Positions 60,348 through 64,000 of a stretch of DNA of 64,000 nt are shown here, piece after piece (within the stretch, counting starts at the first letter, position 1; every line of letters starts with the position of its first letter). The DNA lies in the NCBI RefSeq assembly GCF_009914755.1, contig NC_060928.1. One strand, written 5' to 3'. The stretch comes from the human T2T-CHM13v2.0 reference genome, Homo sapiens. The notes beneath the pieces are model-generated. The model worked only from the letters and a program-made list of their open reading frames with translations. It searched no databases and was not told the DNA's origin. The position numbers and the translations under genes were made by a program.

Positions 60348-60620
60348 AGATGTTCTTTTATAATAAACTCAGTGAAAGTGAATTACAAGGAAACCTCATT
60401 AAATTACAATTGGTTTATTCAAAAGAATCTTACTTTTTAAAAAACATACTCTTCCCCCAGTTAACTAGATTCTCTATTTTTTTTAAAATAAGGATATTGA
60501 ATAACTTGCTTGGCTATTCAGAACTATATTGTTTTTGCTGTCATTTAAATTCTAGGTTGAGACAGTTTAATTCTTTTAAGGAGTGAAGACACTAATGTCT
60601 GAGAGAAACACTGACAGAAG

Positions 60621-60931
<311 letters not shown>

Positions 60932-61455
60932 TGATAGAATTTACTGTGTTTTTAACTATGCTTTGGACCACAGTGAACAAGAGTGATTAGGCTGTGAAAT
61001 TTTCATATTCAAAAGATACACTATCCTGATTCTTATTCTTGAGCATGTCAAGGTCTAGTGAAGCAAAGGTTGTTATGTTTAGGAAAGACCAGATTGCAGG
61101 TCAGTTCTAATATGTAAGGTGCACATGATGCATTTCTGAATGCATGTACCATTCCTGTTCATTGACCATTTTCACTTCTGGCATGAGGATCCTTTGGAGG
61201 AAAAATAATTGTGTAGAAAAAATACGTATTTACCAAATTATTCACTTCTTGATGCCAATTGATGGCTCAAATATGAATTAAGTTTGTAATATTTCTTGGG
61301 AGCTATTTTACGCTATAGCCCTAAACTAAAAGCTGAGAACTTCTCATGGCTTTAAGAAAGTTATACTTGATACAACAAAGCAATGTATCTAGAATTCCCT
61401 CCTACATTGCCAGAGAATTTAAAAATACATCTATTTTGTAAGAGCTAAAAGTAGT

Positions 61456-61770
<315 letters not shown>

Positions 61771-62549
61771 TAAAACATGTATAACAACTATTTATTGATG
61801 TTATTATGTGTAATACAAAATGCACAGGAACACAAAATACTTATAATGTATATTTACTTAGTACTTAGTACATATAAACTTGGATTCTGTCTTTAGTAAA
61901 TGAGCTTTAGTGTCTTCCTGGATAGGTATATTTCTACTGTTGAAAGACTATCTTCCCCAGGTACCACATCCTTGGAAAGAGGCTTTGTTTGTGATTATAT
62001 TGCTGTTGGATTAGAGGGTGAGCCAGGATTGATATGCTGTAGCCAACCATTCTTTTAAATGTTTCTCTGTCCAACTTTATGTTTGTCAGGGTTGGGGAAG
62101 GAGCAAACAGTAACAGAGGTTATCGTAAATATAAGAGAGATAGCTATCTTTGACAAATGAATGCTGTTAGTCTTGAATGAGTAGCTGAAGGAAGCTATGG
62201 AAATTCCATCATCTTCTCCTAAATCTTCATTCTGCTCTGGATGATTAACATTTGTTTGGTATGGAGTGTCTGCTAAACTGGGGGAAAGGCTTAAAGTCAC
62301 TTTATGGTTCTCAATTCAGCTCTTTCAATGTCACCCAGGGAGCAGGTTTAAAAACTTTTAAAGTACAGATAGTAACATAATTTAATGGTAAGTTATTTTA
62401 GAAAAGATATATTGAGAAAAATAAGAAAATGTGTTTGCAGCGTATTTTAGCTAATTTAGGATTTATAAATGCACACTGGGTGTTCTCAGGGATTATTAAA
62501 CAACATTGTATAATACGTATCTGCATCTAGTTTGGAATGCTAATGGAAG

Positions 62550-62750
62550 AAACTGATGTTTCTTGGGTGCCCACTATGAACTAGGCACTTTGCAAATTTC
62601 TTAATATACACTGGAGCATTTAATCCTTTGAGGTTGATGAAGGAACTGAGATTTTGAAAGACTTAGCCAACTTTCCCAAGGTCACACAGGTAGTAAGTGG
62701 TAAGCCAATCTTATTTGAAAGTCCGTGCTCTTCTGACTACACCACTACTG
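62550..62750 (-). mobile_element. MIR
   Basis: gaactgag...cccaaggtcacacaggtagtaagtgg. Confidence 0.7.
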
Positions 62751-63034
62751 TCTATTTTTTCTAGCATCGCTAGGTCTTTGCTGATAGTGAAATGTATGAT
62801 ATTTGTCAAATTTATAGTATCAGATATTTAAGCAAACTCCTCACATACAGTTGTAAAGCAGCATTCTATTATTCTTAACATATATATTTACATGTCCATC
62901 ACCATTGGCCTGTCCCCTATCAATCAGCTAAGCTGGTCCTGGAATTATTCCTTTATGAGATATGATAGATTCATCTTCTCCTGTCTGCTGTATGGGCTAA
63001 ATTGCAATTCATGCCCTTAAAATTTTTCACTTGA

Positions 63035-63320
63035 GGCCGGGCGCAGTGGCTTATGCCTGTAATCCCAGCACTTTGGGAGGCCGAGGCGGGCGGATCACAA
63101 GGTCAGGAGATCAAGACCAACCTGGCCAACATGGTGAAACCCCATCTCTACTAAAAACACAAAAATTAGCTGGGCGTGGTGGCATGTGCCTGTAATCCCA
63201 GATACTTGGGAGGCTGAGGTAGGAGAATCTCTTGAACCGGGAGTTGGAGATTGCGGTGAGCCGAGATTGTGCCACTGCACTCTTTTTTTTTGTAGACTCT
63301 CTCTCAAAAAAAAAAAAAAA
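63035..63320 (+). mobile_element. AluS with altered 3' end
   Basis: TSD AAAATT(t/a)TCACTTGA; a T tract replaces ccagcctgggcgacagag. Confidence 0.93.
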
Positions 63321-63919
63321 TTATCACTTGAACTGTTAACTGGTCCTTGTCGAGTCTGGACCGTGTGGAGAGAGGTGGCTAAATGAATATATCTAATCAC
63401 CATTTTCACTGTCATCCAGTCTTTCAGTTGCCTACAGATAAGTCAAAATGTCAAAATGTCTAAGGATGGCACTCAAGAATGTATACAATCTGTACCCAAC
63501 CTTCTTTTTTAGAATCACCTGCCACTACTCCCCTATCTGACCCTGGGTCCAGTGTTCTCTATCTCCACCTGTGCATGATGCTATTTCTTCTGCCGGTTTG
63601 GAACTTAACAAATCTGACCATCATGAGCTCAATGCTGATGTTAGCTCTTCTCTGAAAGCCACTCCTATTAGCTCTGAGGTGAAGAGATCTCTCCCATTTA
63701 GGCCACTTCCTATTGTCTAATCCAATTGCTTGCCATAACCATTTACTGCAAAGAATCATGAAAAGAGAACAGGTCTGACCTCCTTACCTATGATCTGTGT
63801 GACTTTAAGCAGGTCACTTTACATATAAGACTCAGTTTCCTGAAGTAGAAAATGGGTAAGATATATAACTATTCCCTTTGACTTACCACAGACAAGCTTC
63901 TTTTCTTCCTTATGGTTCA

Positions 63920-64000
63920 ATTTCTTTTTTTTTGAGACCGATTCTCACTCTGTCGCCCAAGCTGGAGTGCAGTGGCGTGATCTTGGCTCACTGCCAACTC
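63920..64000 (-). mobile_element. Alu (runs off the window end)
   Basis: tttttgagaccgattctcactctgtcgcccaagctggagtgcag. Confidence 0.9.

Overview
Primate (almost certainly human) non-coding genomic DNA, CpG-depleted and roughly half interspersed repeats: about 27 Alu/FLAM/FAM copies, several L1PA/L1PB/L1M fragments, many MIR and L2 relics, a near-full-length Tigger1 with five nested insertions, MER2, Tigger3a, MER5A, MER58A and LTRs (MER34-like, MER50-like, MLT1, ERVL-like). I recognise no protein-coding exon, tRNA, rRNA or CRISPR array. Almost all ORFs in the track are Alu/L1/Tigger translations or chance ORFs. The window looks like a large intron or an intergenic/lncRNA region, and I cannot name the locus. 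Items worth checking: a candidate spliced non-coding + strand transcript (40241-40540, 52609-52775, 53055-~53265), a candidate minus-strand exon with a small ORF (802-1090), a 15-bp perfect hairpin at 41137-41177, a 35-nt templated insertion copied from 571 bp away, several local duplications, and an Alu whose 3' end is partly replaced by a T tract. Repeat subfamily names come from recalled consensus sequences and need RepeatMasker/Dfam confirmation. I found no convincing new biological system.
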